Positions 1-12,920 are shown, counted from the first letter of the stretch. The stretch is 64,000 nucleotides of DNA from Felis catus (GCF_018350175.1 NC_058368.1:114764001-114828000); one strand, 5' to 3'. Program-made: numbers and translations. Notes: a model not told the origin generated them from the sequence alone.

Positions 1-405
1 CTGCTTTGTGCAAAGCAGAGCTTTGGGTGGAGAGTTATTACTCTTTGTCTTCACCACCAGGAAAGGACCCATCTGCTCAATTCAGATTGATAATCATCAT
101 CTTTACACAGCCTTACCAAGCCCCTAGATTGAGAATTTTGATTGCAAGACCTGCTTCTAGAAACACTAATCATGTTAGCCCTGCACCCCCTTCCATACGC
201 TTGTCCTGCACCATACCTTTCTCCATGCTCATACAGATGTATGCAGCAGATACAGATGAATTCTGTTATTAAAAGACAGAGTGGTTCCCTTTTAAGGCAC
301 AAGAGGATGCAAAGAAGACTAGAGTTAGATGTCAGGAGCGACTTGCCTCTCACCCCAGTGTGGAAACTCAGAGGGTTATATAAGGACACTAAAGCACCCT
401 TAAAA

Positions 406-610
406 GGGGCACCTGGGTGGCACAGTCAGTTAAGCGTCCGACTTCGGCTCAGGTCATGATCTCATGGTCCATGGGTTTGAGCCCCACATTGGGCTCTGTG
501 CTGACAGCTCGGAGCCTGGAGCCTGCTTCGGATTCTGTGTCTCCCTCTCCTTCTGCCCCTCCCCGTGCTCACTCTGTCTCTCTCCCTCTCTCAAAAATAA
601 ACATTAAAAA
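406..610 (+). mobile_element. Can-SINE (SINEC, felid type)
   Basis: Head ggggcacctgggtggcacagtcagttaagcgtccgact, (CT)n tract, aaaataaacattaaaaa tail. Confidence 0.95.
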
Positions 611-644
611 CATTTTTTTTTTTTTATAAAGGAGACTTGTTCTG

Positions 645-1440
645 CTTCCTAATTGCTCTCCAACTTATCTCAGATCGCTGCCCTCTGGCCCAGTGTGCCC
701 CAAACACATTAGCCTCCTTTCTCATCTTTCGACCTGCCAAGTCCGTTCTAGCTTCAGGGCTTTTGTATTAGCTATTCCAAAACCCTGGGAGCTGCTGCTC
801 TGAGATCTTTGCCTGGCTGCCACCTTCGTATCATTTGAGTCTTAAACTAAATTCTAAGTCTTTCCTGATCTCCCAGTTTAAAATAGCTTCCATGGGGTGA
901 AAATATAGACTATACACATGTATTTGCTTTTTATATGATAAGTTTCTCTGGAAGGATGCACAAGAAATTAACATTCGTTGTTTATAGGGAGGGAAACTGG
1001 AGAGCTAGGAAACAGAGCTGGTAGAGAGGCTTCTCTGCATATCGTTTTCTATTTTTTCGTTTAAATTTAGACTCATTGAATATATTATCTATTCAAAAAT
1101 TAATTTAAAAATACAAAGAAAAAGAGAGAAAATAAAGTAGGCCCCTGCTGAGCATTCTTTATTTACTTTATAAATTTTATTTACAAAACTGGAAGCAGGC
1201 CATAGTTTGCTGATCCAATCCCTGCTCTATAATATCCTCTTATTTGATATTCATCCTGGCACTGATTATTGGTTTACTCATTTCTTATCTGCCTTCTCCC
1301 ACTAGAATGCAAGTGCCATGAAAGTATGGTGCTTTTCTGTCTTTTACCAGCATATCCCTGCACTTGGAACAGTTTCTGGCTCATAAATACTTAGGTGCTC
1401 AATAAATACTTGTTGAATAGCTGAGTAGTTGAATGAATTG
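645..1440 (+). mobile_element. L2 3' region, interrupted by an L1M fragment
   Basis: ccactagaatgcaagtgccatgaaag...ggtgctcaataaatacttgttgaat...gaatgaa matches the L2 3' terminus. Confidence 0.75.
910..1135 (+). mobile_element. Ancient L1 (L1ME4-like) 3' end
   Basis: tctggaaggatgcacaagaaattaaca...tgaatatattatctattcaaaaattaattt followed by an A-rich tail. Confidence 0.65.
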
Positions 1441-2334
1441 TGTTTGGGCTGAAGGGAAAAGCACCCTTATTTGGAAGGAGATAAAATGAGATAAACTTTT
1501 GATGGCAGCCCCTCCAGAAGGAATAATGTCTAGTTTGGTCATCCTCCACAAAGCCCAATCTGTAGTTCTTGCCTCAAGGATTGCTGCTCATGCCTGCTTC
1601 CTGAAAGCAGATGCAAAACTGAATACCTGTCCTCCTAAGACCTATTCCAGAAGGTAGTGAAAGCAATGGATTCACCACTTGTCAGTTTAAGAAGAAGACA
1701 CACTCCCCCCATTCCCCCCCCTCCCCCCCCCCCCCCCACCTGGAGAAGCTGCTGAGTTGGCAGGTTGAGTTTTGCAAATAGTCACCCCTGAGGAAATGAG
1801 GGAACAGGACTCTGACTGCCAGAATGACATGAGTAACAGCCAGGACCTGGGGAGGAGGAGGAGCTGGGGAAAAGGAAAGGAGGGAGTTTGGCACATTGCA
1901 GCTTAGGCGGCACATTGCCCTGAACAAACAGCCTGCATCACCATGTGCTGATTAATTTTTTAAATGTTTCTGAATCAACACATGCTTTGCATGTCCGGGG
2001 CTTGGCTTTTTACAGCCATGCAGCATACCAGCCCAGAAAATGTGGGGTCCTGAAGGAGAAATAGCCGTTAGTGAACCACCCATTGACACTGGGTACTACT
2101 GCCTACCCTGGGCAGGGCCCTGATCCAAAGGAGCTGACCCCATCCTATAATGTTTGGAGGTCAAGCAGAAGGTCAGCAGATCCAAGCTGTACTACCTTTT
2201 TTCTTTCTTAGAAGAATGTGAACAAGCAGGTTCTTCTTCTTCTACCTATTCCAACACTATCTTCACCACCTGATGGTGGCCTCACATTGACTCAGAGGCA
2301 GGTGAGAGGGCTCCCCAGTGGAGTGGTCTGGAGA

Positions 2335-2510
2335 AGCAGTAGAAAGGGCAAAGGTTTTGGAGTTAGCCAGGCATGGGGGTGAATACTGGCTCTTTCACTT
2401 GCTAGCTGCTTAATTTGGAGCATGTAAAATCCCTCAAGCTTGAGCCTCAAACTTTCTCACCTTTCTCTACAATAGCACCTTGTGGAGTTATTTGAAGTAA
2501 AGTAGAATAA
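2335..2510 (+). mobile_element. MIR (degraded)
   Basis: ttggagttagccaggcatgggggtgaatactggctctttcacttgctagctg resembles the MIR 5'/core. Confidence 0.55.
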
Positions 2511-2511
2511 T

Positions 2512-2622
2512 GGGGTACCTGGCTGGCTCTTCTGGAGAGCATGTGACTCTTGATCTCAGGATTGTGAGTTCAGGCTCCGTGATGGACATAGAGATTACTT
2601 AAAAAAAACAAACAAAAAAAAA
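2512..2622 (+). mobile_element. Short Can-SINE (tRNA-only type, no CT tract)
   Basis: ggggtacctggctggctc...gagcatgtgactcttgatctcagg...agagattacttaaaaaaa. Confidence 0.9.
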
Positions 2623-3698
2623 GCATGAAGTACAAGGAATAGTGTAGATGGATAATAAAGAGAAGGATTTAGGGAGGCAGGAAGGTAGTACACTTGCCTA
2701 GCAGTGGCTAGGAAGGAAGATTGGGTCCATCTTAGACTGACTCCTAGCAGTAGAACTTGTATAGACTCATTGCAAACAGTTGAGAATGTCCTTTTGATTT
2801 TCCTGATTAGGATCTTAGCCTGGCAATGTTGGGTCCTCTTTACTTCAGCCTAGATTTCAGATGCATCCCCTGTATTTCATAGGCTGGTTCTTCTGGAGCT
2901 TTGAGAGAGCTTTGATAGGAACTCGAATCCTTTCTCCTTTGTTCATATAGAGGGGCGTTTCCCTCAGACAAGCCCTGGACATTAGCTGAGCCTGAGGGGA
3001 GCAAGGAGGCCCAGCACACTTCCCAGGACTTATGTCTATGTGCTTCTGGAGCCCTGGAAAGGATCCCTTGGGTGCCCTGAGTGGAGACTCTTGAGGAGAG
3101 GGTTGAGTAAGTGTAATTGAATGCATGGCCTTGCAGGCTGAGTTCCAGTTCTGGGCGAGGGGCTGGTGATTTGGGGGTGTGCACAGCTCTGTGTGTATAC
3201 AGATGCTCTAGGTATGTTTGAGGTTCAGCCCTAGAGGGCGTCTAGGATTTGTCTGTAGCTCAGTCCCCACCCCGTACCTTATTCCTGGAGGGGGAGCTGT
3301 AACTCAGCCCTCAGGCTACCTAGCTGCATTCCCCTTCCCCCAACCCACCAGCCTCTCATTCTGTCACAACAAGGAGGTTTGGCAGAAATGGAGGGAGCGT
3401 GGGTGCTGCAGAGAGAAAAACACCCAAAGTTTCAGTAAAATGGCAAGAGAGATGCCAGCACACAGGGAGAAGGAGCCTTCTGTTTCTCACAGCCTGCACT
3501 GCTGGGCTGGGGTACATATACCATGATTTCCTTTCCTTCCTTCCCCCTGCTTTCTTTCTCTTCCTTCCCTGCGTGGTATTTAGGAAAGGGAGACTTGGAG
3601 CTAGGTGGGGGAAAGGAATAAAGATACTTTTCCCAGGGATTAACATCTTCTTCTATAGCTACCAGAATAGGCAGTTCTGGGCTCCTTTTGCTTTGGGC

Positions 3699-3737
3699 TG
3701 TGTGTGTGTGTGTGTGTGCGTGCGCGCGCATGCGCGC
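3699..3737. repeat. (TG)n-(CG)n compound microsatellite
   Basis: tgtgtg...tgcgtgcgcgcgcatgcgcgc. Confidence 0.9.
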
Positions 3738-4339
3738 CCTGTGTGTTTGAGGAACACTAAAGATAAAGGGCAGATAAAACAGAAACAAGCAAACACAAGG
3801 TGGTTAGGTATCTGCCTTGGATAACTCACACATGAACAACTTAAAATTGACAGCTTTTGTGTAATAGTTTGGCCATTGCCCCAATTTTGCAGGATTAAAA
3901 TAAAGATATATAAAAGGAAAAACCTCAAGATTGTCATTTTTTCTTGTACTTTTGAAATTAGGGCATTTCAGTGAACAATGGCTCCTTTTTTGATAGGGTA
4001 AGAACCTCATTTAGTCAAGAGTTTAGGAATATAATTTTGTGATCATTTCACCTAAATAAGAGCTGGAGTTCATCTTAGTGCTATTTGCTTACAAAATAGT
4101 TGAGTTTGTAAACAAGATCCCAAGGGGAATGTTTATCCCCGCTCAAGAAAACAAGTTACTTTTCACTTCTTTGAAGTATTGATTTGCATTGCAACAATAT
4201 GGTACTTATAAATCACTCCTTTCTAGCAATTCATTAAAGCAACTCCTGAAGGCAATACTGAAAGAAAAAAGTGAGGCTGTGTTTAAGAGTCTATAATGTG
4301 TTTGAACAGTTTATCTGACTTCTTCATGTTTATTAATGA

Positions 4340-4560
4340 TCATAATAATTTCTAACATTTATTGGGTGGCCGTCACGTCCCAGGCACTGCATTAGATGCT
4401 TTACACACATACATATTCTTAAAAATCCTTACAACCAGGGAGGTATTACTCTTACAACTAAGGCATAGAGAAGTTAAATAGCTTAACCAAGTTCATGCAG
4501 GTAATAAGTGTCAGGGAAGAACTTAAATACGGGTTTTGACTCCAAGCGCTATGCCTTACC
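4340..4560 (-). mobile_element. MIR
   Basis: aacatttattg...ccaggcactg...gaagttaaatagcttaaccaagttcatgcag...tgactccaag. Confidence 0.8.
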
Positions 4561-7005
4561 CCCACATGCTGAATTCCATCTCTTTATATTTACTGCCCAA
4601 GGATGTCAAGGGTTGCTGACAAGAGTAATGATTACATAGGTACCTACAGAAGGTCTCTCCTCACAAAATTCTTGGCTTCTGATATAGACTCAGTCTATAG
4701 GGTGAATGCTTTGGCATTTGGGGTTAACCCAGCTCAGAAATGATAATTCCTATTGTTGGAATGGGGGAGGATAAACCCAACTGGGTTATGGCTCATGAAT
4801 GCCCTTGGGATTTTTCAGTCCACCCTGGGACAGCAGGTTTTGTAGGGCTGATAGATATATAGCCTGAGACATTGGCATGAGGAAATCAGTAAATGCAAAG
4901 CATATCATAAAGGGTGTATTTAGCATTGTGATCGCCAATGTTAAGAGTGTAGGACTTTGAGGAAGGGCAATAACCGTGAATTCCCTCTGGAAGGAGTGAG
5001 GGAGAGGAGGCAAAGGGAAAAAAGGAAGGTGATGGGAAGAGGCAGAAGAGAGGGCATGAAGGAATGTGTGATAGGGAGGAAGCGTGCAACCTGATGAATG
5101 ATGGAGAATAGTTTTATTACTCTGATTGTTTGGAATAAGAACTGGCCTATGAAGGTGGGGAGGGAGCAGCCTGGGAATAAATGAAATGAGAAAGGAAATT
5201 GAAGCTATCATTTCTGGCTTGCTGACGAGCAGATGTCAGCATGCTCGTAGCCTCTTGCTATATTCAGTGCTTTTCCAGAGATAGATGGCAGAGCTCAAAG
5301 AGGTTACAATGGGGCCTATACTGAAAACTCAGAGGCTCTAGGATATTTTAGTTAGGAGAAAAGAGGGCTGGAAGTTGGGGACTAGTCATCTAGACTATGA
5401 AGGATTTTTTTTACATGTCTTATTTCACTATTAGCCCTGGATTTCACTACAGAACTGAAAGGAGAGCAAGTAAGAATTTATTAAAAAGGAGATCTCTACC
5501 AACATAACACAAGGGGTAGGTAGGTGTGGGGAACTACAAGGGAAAGAGTTGGAAACTTCACCAAGCCACTGAGAAGCCTAGCAGAGCAGATAATATCTGG
5601 AGCATTCCTAATTTCCCTTAGAAGAAGCGAAGCCAGAGAGCAGGGAAGAGACAGTGAAGCCACTAGCTACCTGAAGGGGACAGAGAGAGAGAGAGGCTGG
5701 GTCAAGGACATAGCCTGGGGTAGTAGCCCCTTGTGCTGAAATTGACGTGGAGTTCTAGTGAAGACGCACTCTCTGCAAGGGGAGACAAAGTGGAGACCAG
5801 GCATCCTTGTGAACATTTCTTCATTTCAATCTCCTCTGCATCCAGCCAAAGGGAATTATTTGAGTTGGGAGAAGTGGGAGAATATCATAACTCGATGAAT
5901 TAGCCATTGTCTGTGGCCTCCTTCGTGGTGCATGGGCCCAGCACAGAAAGCAGTTTTGCTCCTTTGTAGACCCTGCTGACTCCAAATCTACCACAGCCTG
6001 AAATCCTGCCTCTAACAGACACATTTGAGAGCCTAGGATGGAAAGAAAAATGAGACAGTGCTATGAAGGCCAGAACCAGGCCCAGGATTATGACCAACCA
6101 GACACTTGGATTCTTGAAAGCTTTGTCCATTAACAATGCTGGAATTAATAAGTATTTATTGAGCACTTTGTTGGGGGGGCTATATGAGGAGTAAAAAAGT
6201 ATGAGAATGCTCCTCCTCTCAAGCAAATAGCATGTGGACAGATGGGATTGGCCCTTCTCCTCCAGCCCTTCAGCCCTTCCCCTCTTCACTGTTTTCACCT
6301 GTGTGATCCTTCTTATCTATATGTTCTCCCTCCTCTTTTTCTTGTCCTCTTTATTTTCTGGCCCTTTTGTCCCTGCCTTTGTTCATTTTCCTCTCAGAAT
6401 ATCTTTATTCTCAAAAGACCCACTTGGTCTTCCCTAACCTTTGTGTATTTTACCTCCTGGTGTTGTCAACTTCCTTCTTGCCCTGGGATGCTGATAAGCA
6501 GGCTGCTCTGTTGGCTTCACCCTGCTCCAGGGCTCCAGGGGAGGTTAAAATTCTGTCATCCTGCAAGTGTACCTGCACCTGGACGGCATAGGTATCCCTG
6601 ATTTCCCCAAATTTAGAAATTGTTTGAATGAACTAATCTGTTAGAGGCAGGTAGAGCCTGGGTCAGAGGAGTCTTAGCTCTGCCCAAGTTATACTAAACA
6701 TATGAGTGAAGAAGTACATCCTGCCCCCACTTCTTAAGTACAATGGCTAAAAGACGTGGAACAGGTTATTGTGAAATTGATGGGAGTGTAAATCACTAAA
6801 ATTAGAATCATAATTAGGAACAAGCAAGAAAGATCATATAGGAAAGGGTAGTTTTGTGTGTGTGTGTGTGGGGGGGGTGTATTTGAGAATAATCAGCATA
6901 CCCAGACTTCATTCACTCTTCAGCTACACCTTCAGTTTCAAAAAAACCTAAATTTGAAGCCGTCAACCCAGACTCACTTTTCCTTTAAGGAGCATCAAGT
7001 TCCCT

Positions 7006-8154
7006 TAATGGGGTTTTGGGGTGATGGGGGCTATGAGGCAATGGCCAAGAAACAATTCTTGAAGACATCTTTGGTGCAAAAAAGTGATTTTATTTTATTT
7101 ATTTAAAAATTTTTAAAAATATTTATTCATTTTTGTGAGACAGAGAGAGAGAGACAGAACATGAGTAGGGGAAGAGCAGAGAGAGAGGGAGACACAGAAT
7201 CTGAAGCAGGCTCCAGGCTTTGAGCTGTCAGCACAGAGCCCGACGTGGAGCTCAAACCACTGACTGCGAGATCATGACCTGAGCTGAAGTTGGACACTTA
7301 ACCAACTGAGCCACCCAGGCACCCCCAAAAAATGACTTTATTAAAGCACAGGGACAGGACCTGTAGTCTGAAAGAGCCACCCTAGGGTTGTAAAGAGTGA
7401 CTGATTGTAGACCTTCAGGTTAGGGACAGCATGAGTCTCTAAGGAATTTGGAAGCAAGGTTTCCAGGACCTTGAGGGGCTAGCTGTTGTTAGGAAAATAT
7501 AATTTTCCTGTTTTCTGTTTAGTAAAACCTCAGTCATGAGACTCTTCAGATGTATATCAGGGGCCATATGCTTGGAGTATAATTGCCAACATATATTAGG
7601 GAGTTAAAGATAAAGGAAGTTTGCAAAGGAGTTTTTATGTGTTTAAGGAGATTCACAAGATCCTGGGAGGTCAGGATAATGTTAAGCCAAGATTCCCTTT
7701 TGCTCCTAGCAAAGTGTCATCATCGAGGTGGCTGAGCTCCTAGAGGAAGGTCACTCTGCCGATTTCAAGGACTTGTCAATGGGCTGTAGGCAGTTAGGGA
7801 ATTTAATTTTTCATTTGCCTTTGTTGCCCATATCACCATGGCAAGCACTTAAACCCCCCTTACATCTTGATTAGGGTGATATTAGGGCTCCAGGAAACAG
7901 AGTCTATAGGTTTCTGGAGATTAGGCTATGGATAAGATTGTCTTTTTCTTGCAGTTTACTAAGTTATTTATAAACTGAAGGAGACTCCTGTCCTGCATGA
8001 CTGTGATCTCTATTAGTCAACCATTTGCTTTCTTTCCTTTCCCCTGTTCTTGGGCAGCCAGGATTGTCTGGGGATTATCATATATATCCCACCTGGGCAG
8101 ACGGGTGCTGTTAGCCTGTACTTTGCCTTCTGCTTGCCTTATGCTCCCTTATCA
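7006..8154 (-). mobile_element. Carnivore ERV1-class solo LTR (CarLTR-like), interrupted by a SINE
   Basis: taatggggttttgggg...gccaagaaacaattcttgaagacatctttggtgcaaaaaagtgattttatt...aaagcacagggacaggacc...atgctcccttatca; flanks ccct/acct suggest a 4-bp TSD. Confidence 0.75.
7095..7325 (-). mobile_element. Can-SINE inserted in the LTR
   Basis: Reverse SINE ending ccacccaggcacccc; TSD aaaaagtgattttatt/aaaaaatgactttatt. Confidence 0.95.
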
Positions 8155-8429
8155 ACCTAATGGTTGCTCTTGGCATTAGTAACTTCAAGGGAGAGTTGAA
8201 TGGGTTTGTGTAAGTGACTTTGTGGGACTTTGCTTAGCCTTAGCAGTTCCTCAGGTACTAAAGGTAATGAAGGATGCATTGGGGTTTGGGTCAGGGACTG
8301 GGAATGTCTCAGATGGCTTTTCATACTCTATGAGAGAAGGAACTTGAATTTACTACCCTGATCCACAGTTGACTCTAACTCTAGACTGCCCAGCAAGAAA
8401 GGGAGGTTAGCTGGTTAGTTCATTGTTTT

Positions 8430-8990
8430 TTCCCCATTCATTCATTTTTTCACAAACAATGCCAGACACTGGAGATGTGAGAATGGAAATTCATGGTCCC
8501 TGTCCTCCAAGAGGCATTCTTGTAGAGGATATAGGCATAGGAATAGAAATAATCACAATCCAGGTTGCTAATTGCTACTGTACAGGTAACATGGGATCTG
8601 GGAGGAGGGAACAGCTAACATGAAAGAGGGAGGGAAAGAGACACTTAAACTTCATATTTTTAAAGGATGAGATGGGAGTTGGCCAATCTGAAAGGAGGGA
8701 GAAAACAGATTCCAGGCAGAGGGTACAGGAATTACAAAGGTACAAAGGAGCACAGTGAAGGGGAAGGGGGAGAATGGTGAGTTTCGTATGAGTAGAGGTA
8801 AGGGATGTCCCATGGGAGTGTCTGAAAAGAGGACTAGAATGAGAAGTTGGAGACCAACTATGAGGTGACTGGTGTACTCTCCTAAGGATGGACTGGACTT
8901 TATCACATATCAGTGGGGAGCTAGTGAAGACTTAAACAAGGGATTAGGGTAATCAGCTATTCATTCTATAAAGAGGTCACAGAGCAGAGT
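8430..8990 (-). mobile_element. L2 fragment
   Basis: cattcattcatt...tgccagacactggagat...ttccaggcagagggtacagg...caaagg typical of reverse L2. Confidence 0.7.
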
Positions 8991-11271
8991 TGGGGTGGAG
9001 ACCATTTGTTCCAGAGTCCCATGTACAATAGATCTTAACATCTCTCTCCTGTCGTGGTGCACCAACTGGGGAATTCTTTCCTTCCTCCGTTCCTCTCTTC
9101 TTTATCCCACAGAAATGCGGTAAGCACCTATCAGAAGCCAGGCTCTGAGTTAGGTCCTGGGAAAACACAAATGAAGAAAAACCACTCTCTGCTCAGAGGA
9201 GCTCACAGTCTGGCTTAGTTTTCCCAAACACCATACTAGAGTATTCCTGAGTCCATTTCACTACCATGGTGAATTGAGAAAAAAACGAGGGCAATGTAGT
9301 GAGTCTTTAAATAAAGCTAAATATATTCCATATGAAACCTTTCCTTTCTAATGGGAGGTTATATTCATATGTGCATATGTCCTTGAAAAGATGAAAAAGG
9401 GTTCTGTTTTGCTTTGTTTTATGTTTACTTGGCAAAATGAAAAGTCAGCAGTATTTTGTCATATCTCAAAAATTGTGTATGTGAGGGAAATTTACTGGTT
9501 AAGGGTTTAGTTCCTCATTACCATGGTAGTACTAAGAGAAGGCCTTTTCCATCCAAAGGAGTAAACCTATGAAGGGAACATAGATTTACCAGACATGACT
9601 GAGACAAAAGTGGACTCTCCTGCCATTTCCCACCCACTGTAGAGTCAGGAATGGGCGGGGTGGGGAGGGAGAGTCCCTGGTTGCAAGAGAGTCAGGATTC
9701 AGGAATTTCCTCTCTTGAGAGCAGTTGCTCTTCCTGACAGAAGAAAGAGGGTATGTCTGATGTTCCAGGAGCCTATAGGCTCAGGAGTTCTGAGTTCATC
9801 TCATCTGGCTGGGAAAAGGACAGCAGTTCTATAGACAGATCCAGCAAGTTTAACAGGAAAAGCTGGTGAACTAGAAATGGGATGCCTCAGAGTAGGGGGC
9901 CTCTGGCCCTGTCTCTTATGGTATAATGGAATGGTCAAGTTTTTATCACAATTAGCCAGGCGTTCGAGGTTTTCATGACCCAGATGTAAATAACTCATAC
10001 ATCAATCCCTGCAGTCATATCACCTAGCCAATCACACTGGCTAGCAATGAAGCATTAGCACCTAAGCTCAACCCACCATGCTGTAGCAAAGCCACATCAT
10101 CCTGTTTATAAAACGTAAGGCTTGTCGGTTTAAACTAATTTAGGAATCAGCATGGAAAGTCTTATTTTGAGGTGGAGGGTGGTTTAGTGAATAGGATGAA
10201 ATGCTTGCTTGACATCCAGAGGTTGGAGAGCCACTGCTCTCATTGGAGACTCAGACATGTGAGCAATTATTTCAGCGCAGTGTAATAAATGCATGTCCAA
10301 AGGCACAAAGAACCAGGTTGTAGGAGGAGAGTGATGAGTTTAGTAGGAGTAGTAGGAAGGTGTATCTGGTGGGAGTGTCTGAAAAGGGTGTTAGAGAGGA
10401 AGGTTGGGGCCTGGTTAAGAGGAGCCAGGCCAGGAGTAGCTTCTCAGGAAGCACAGCTGAAGAAAGAGCTGATGATCCAGGGACTAGAGAGGTAGGGGGA
10501 GGCTTTCTTAAGGAGCTGGCTCTTGGGATGGGTCTCTTGCATAGCCCTCTGCTTTAAGGCCCTCTTCTCTCCTTCCTTTCTCTCTGCCCCACATTTCCTG
10601 TGTGTGCCAGGCCCAGAACATCCTTGCAGTCTGCTGCTCTAATTACTTCATTCCATTTTAATTCTGCTGAGTTAGGAGCCTGTGAACTCAAGAGGAAATT
10701 CACGCAAAATACCCAACAAATTGAATGTGCTGGCATTTCAGAAACACATCTGACCCTATCTGCCCCTTCATGTTCCCTTCCTCTTAGCACCTGCCTCCAC
10801 CAGCCTTAGATTGAAAAATCAAGGATTAGGTGTGCTGGTGGGAAGAGGTGGTGGCACTGTAGAATAAGATATTAAATTTGACTGACCACTTGAGCCATTA
10901 CCTTTCCAGGGAAGAGAGAGGGACAGGGTGGGGGGTTTTTGATGGGGGACTTTTCCTGGTCCCTTTCGAAAACTGGCAAGGCCCATCTCTGCAGCTCCAA
11001 AACATTGTGCCTATGTACGAATTGTGGTGTTTCTTCTTCCCTAGAGATATTCACGAATTAGGAGATACACCTTATTCCAAGCAGTTTGTTCATGGAGTTG
11101 TATAAAATGACCTCTTAAAATGAGGGGATTGCAGTTTGTAAGTCAGCAGTTCTCAAATTTTTTGGTCTTAAGATTCCTTCACACTCTTAAAAATTACTGA
11201 GGGTCTCCCAGAGCTTTTGTTGATGTGGGTTATATCTACTGACATTTGCTGTATTAAAAATTAAAACCCCA

Positions 11272-11452
11272 GGGGGGCCTGGGTGGCTCAGTTGGTTAGG
11301 TTTCCAACTCTTGATTTGGCTCAGATTATGATCTTATGGTTCATGGGGTTGATCCCCACATCTGGCTCCATGCTGACAGCATGGAGCCTGCTTGGGATTT
11401 TCTCTCTCCCTCTTTCTCTGCCCCTCTCCTGCTCACATGTGCACTCCCTCCC

Positions 11453-11492
<40 letters not shown>

Positions 11493-11512
11493 TCCAACAC
11501 AAGTAAACTTAA
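11272..11512 (+). mobile_element. Can-SINE
   Basis: Head ggggggcctgggtggctcag; TSD aaaaattaaaaccc encloses this and the next SINE. Confidence 0.93.
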
Positions 11513-11513
11513 T

Positions 11514-11725
11514 GGGGAGCCTGGGTGACTCAGTTGGTTGAGTGTCCCACTTTGGCTCAGGTCATGATCTCACAGTTCATTAGTTTGAGCCCCATATCTG
11601 GTTCGCTGCTGTCCATAAAGCCCACTTTGGATCCTCTGTCCCCCTCTCTCTGACCCTCTCCTACTTGCATTCTCCCCAAAATACATAAATATTAAAAAAA
11701 TAATAAATAAATAAACTTTAAAAAA
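11514..11725 (+). mobile_element. Can-SINE nested in the tail of the previous SINE
   Basis: ggggagcctgggtgactcag... begins within the A-rich tail; taaactt on both sides. Confidence 0.92.
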
Positions 11726-11842
11726 GTTAAAAAAATTAAAACCCAGAAATTAAAAGAATATTAATCCATTTAAAAATAACAATAACCCATTATATGTTAA
11801 AATAAATAACACATTTTGTTGAAAATAACTATATTTAAAAAA

Positions 11843-12072
11843 ATTATTTTATTTATTTATTTATTTATTTATTTTTTTTGCATTTATTTATTTTTGAGGG
11901 ACAGAGACAGAGCTCAAGTGGGGGAGGGGCAGAGAGAGAAGGAAACACAGAATCTGAAGCAGGCTCCAGGATGTGAGCACAGAACCTGATGCAGGGCTCA
12001 ATCTCACAAACCATGAGATCATGACCCGAGTCAAAGTTGGACACTTAACTGACTGAGCCACTTAGGTGCCCC
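11843..12072 (-). mobile_element. Can-SINE
   Basis: Reverse SINE; TSD aactatattt. Confidence 0.93.
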
Positions 12073-12541
12073 AGAACTATATTTTTTAAAACCAAAAACA
12101 TTAGTGGTAAGATTGGCATGTTTTGCATTTTTGCAAATCTTTTTAATGCCTGGATTCTTATTTCTGCTTCTGCATTCTTTCAGTTTTCAGTCTGTTGTTT
12201 TGGTTGAAGTATTTGAAGAGTTGAAAACAGGAATATTTTAGCTTTCACATAATGGTGGATCGTTTTCTTTGATACTACACCAAAACTCAACACATGGCAG
12301 TTTCTTAAGGGTTACTTGTGATGTGGAACCGAACCATATCAAATAATTCCTACTCTATTACAGTAAAATCCATTGGCTTATGCTTTGAGTAGATTTTTCA
12401 ACATCACACATTGGTCATTTGGAAAATATAGATCCTTTGAGTTACACAGATCTTCCAAATGTTAATACATTTCATTATATAATATTTTAAAAATCATATT
12501 CATTCTACCACCATCAATCTCATCAGAGAAACCTTTAAGCA

Positions 12542-12763
12542 TTGGGAACTCTCAAGCTCCTTGTGGCAGATACAAGTGCTCCAAAATTCTAATTTTTCCT
12601 TGAAAGCCTACATTTTATCATTGGCAACAAATACTGTTGGTTGTTTTCCTTGAAGTGACAGGCTTACTTTGTTCATTTGGGGGAAACTGTCTGCCATACA
12701 CTCCTATCTGAATAATCTTAGTTTGTCTTTCAGTCATTCTTTCAAGTAAAAATGATGTTCCAT
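12542..12763 (-). pseudogene. Dead hAT transposase fragment within Charlie1a
   Basis: Manual translation: MEHHFYLKE*LKDKLRLFR*ECMADSFPQMNKVSLSLQGKQPTVFVANDKM*AFKEKLEFWSTCICHKELESSQ; LSLQG...AFK.KL.FW is Charlie-transposase-like; 3 in-frame stops. Confidence 0.8.
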
Positions 12764-12920
12764 GAGAAAAGAGGCTAGTTGAGCTTGAAACTGAAACAGT
12801 TGCAGAAGTGATTTCCCTGGAGACAACCACTGTACTTGGGTTACAGCAGAAGTGGTTTATGTGTACTTGGTATTTCTGCAGCCAGAATATTAGAAAGATA
12901 TACTCAAGAGGTGAGATCTA

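Noticed and set aside
417..629. Recurring 'MAQSVKRPTSAQVMIS...' ORF family (also 20475, 34695, 37428, 47700, 54887, 55965)
   Set aside because: Translations of Can-SINE copies, not a gene family
2512..2600. tRNA-like sequences (also 13178 and 50565)
   Set aside because: tRNA-derived SINE heads with A tails, not tRNA genes
5400..5820. Possible old LTR fragment
   Set aside because: LTR-like texture, but I could not match termini or a family with confidence
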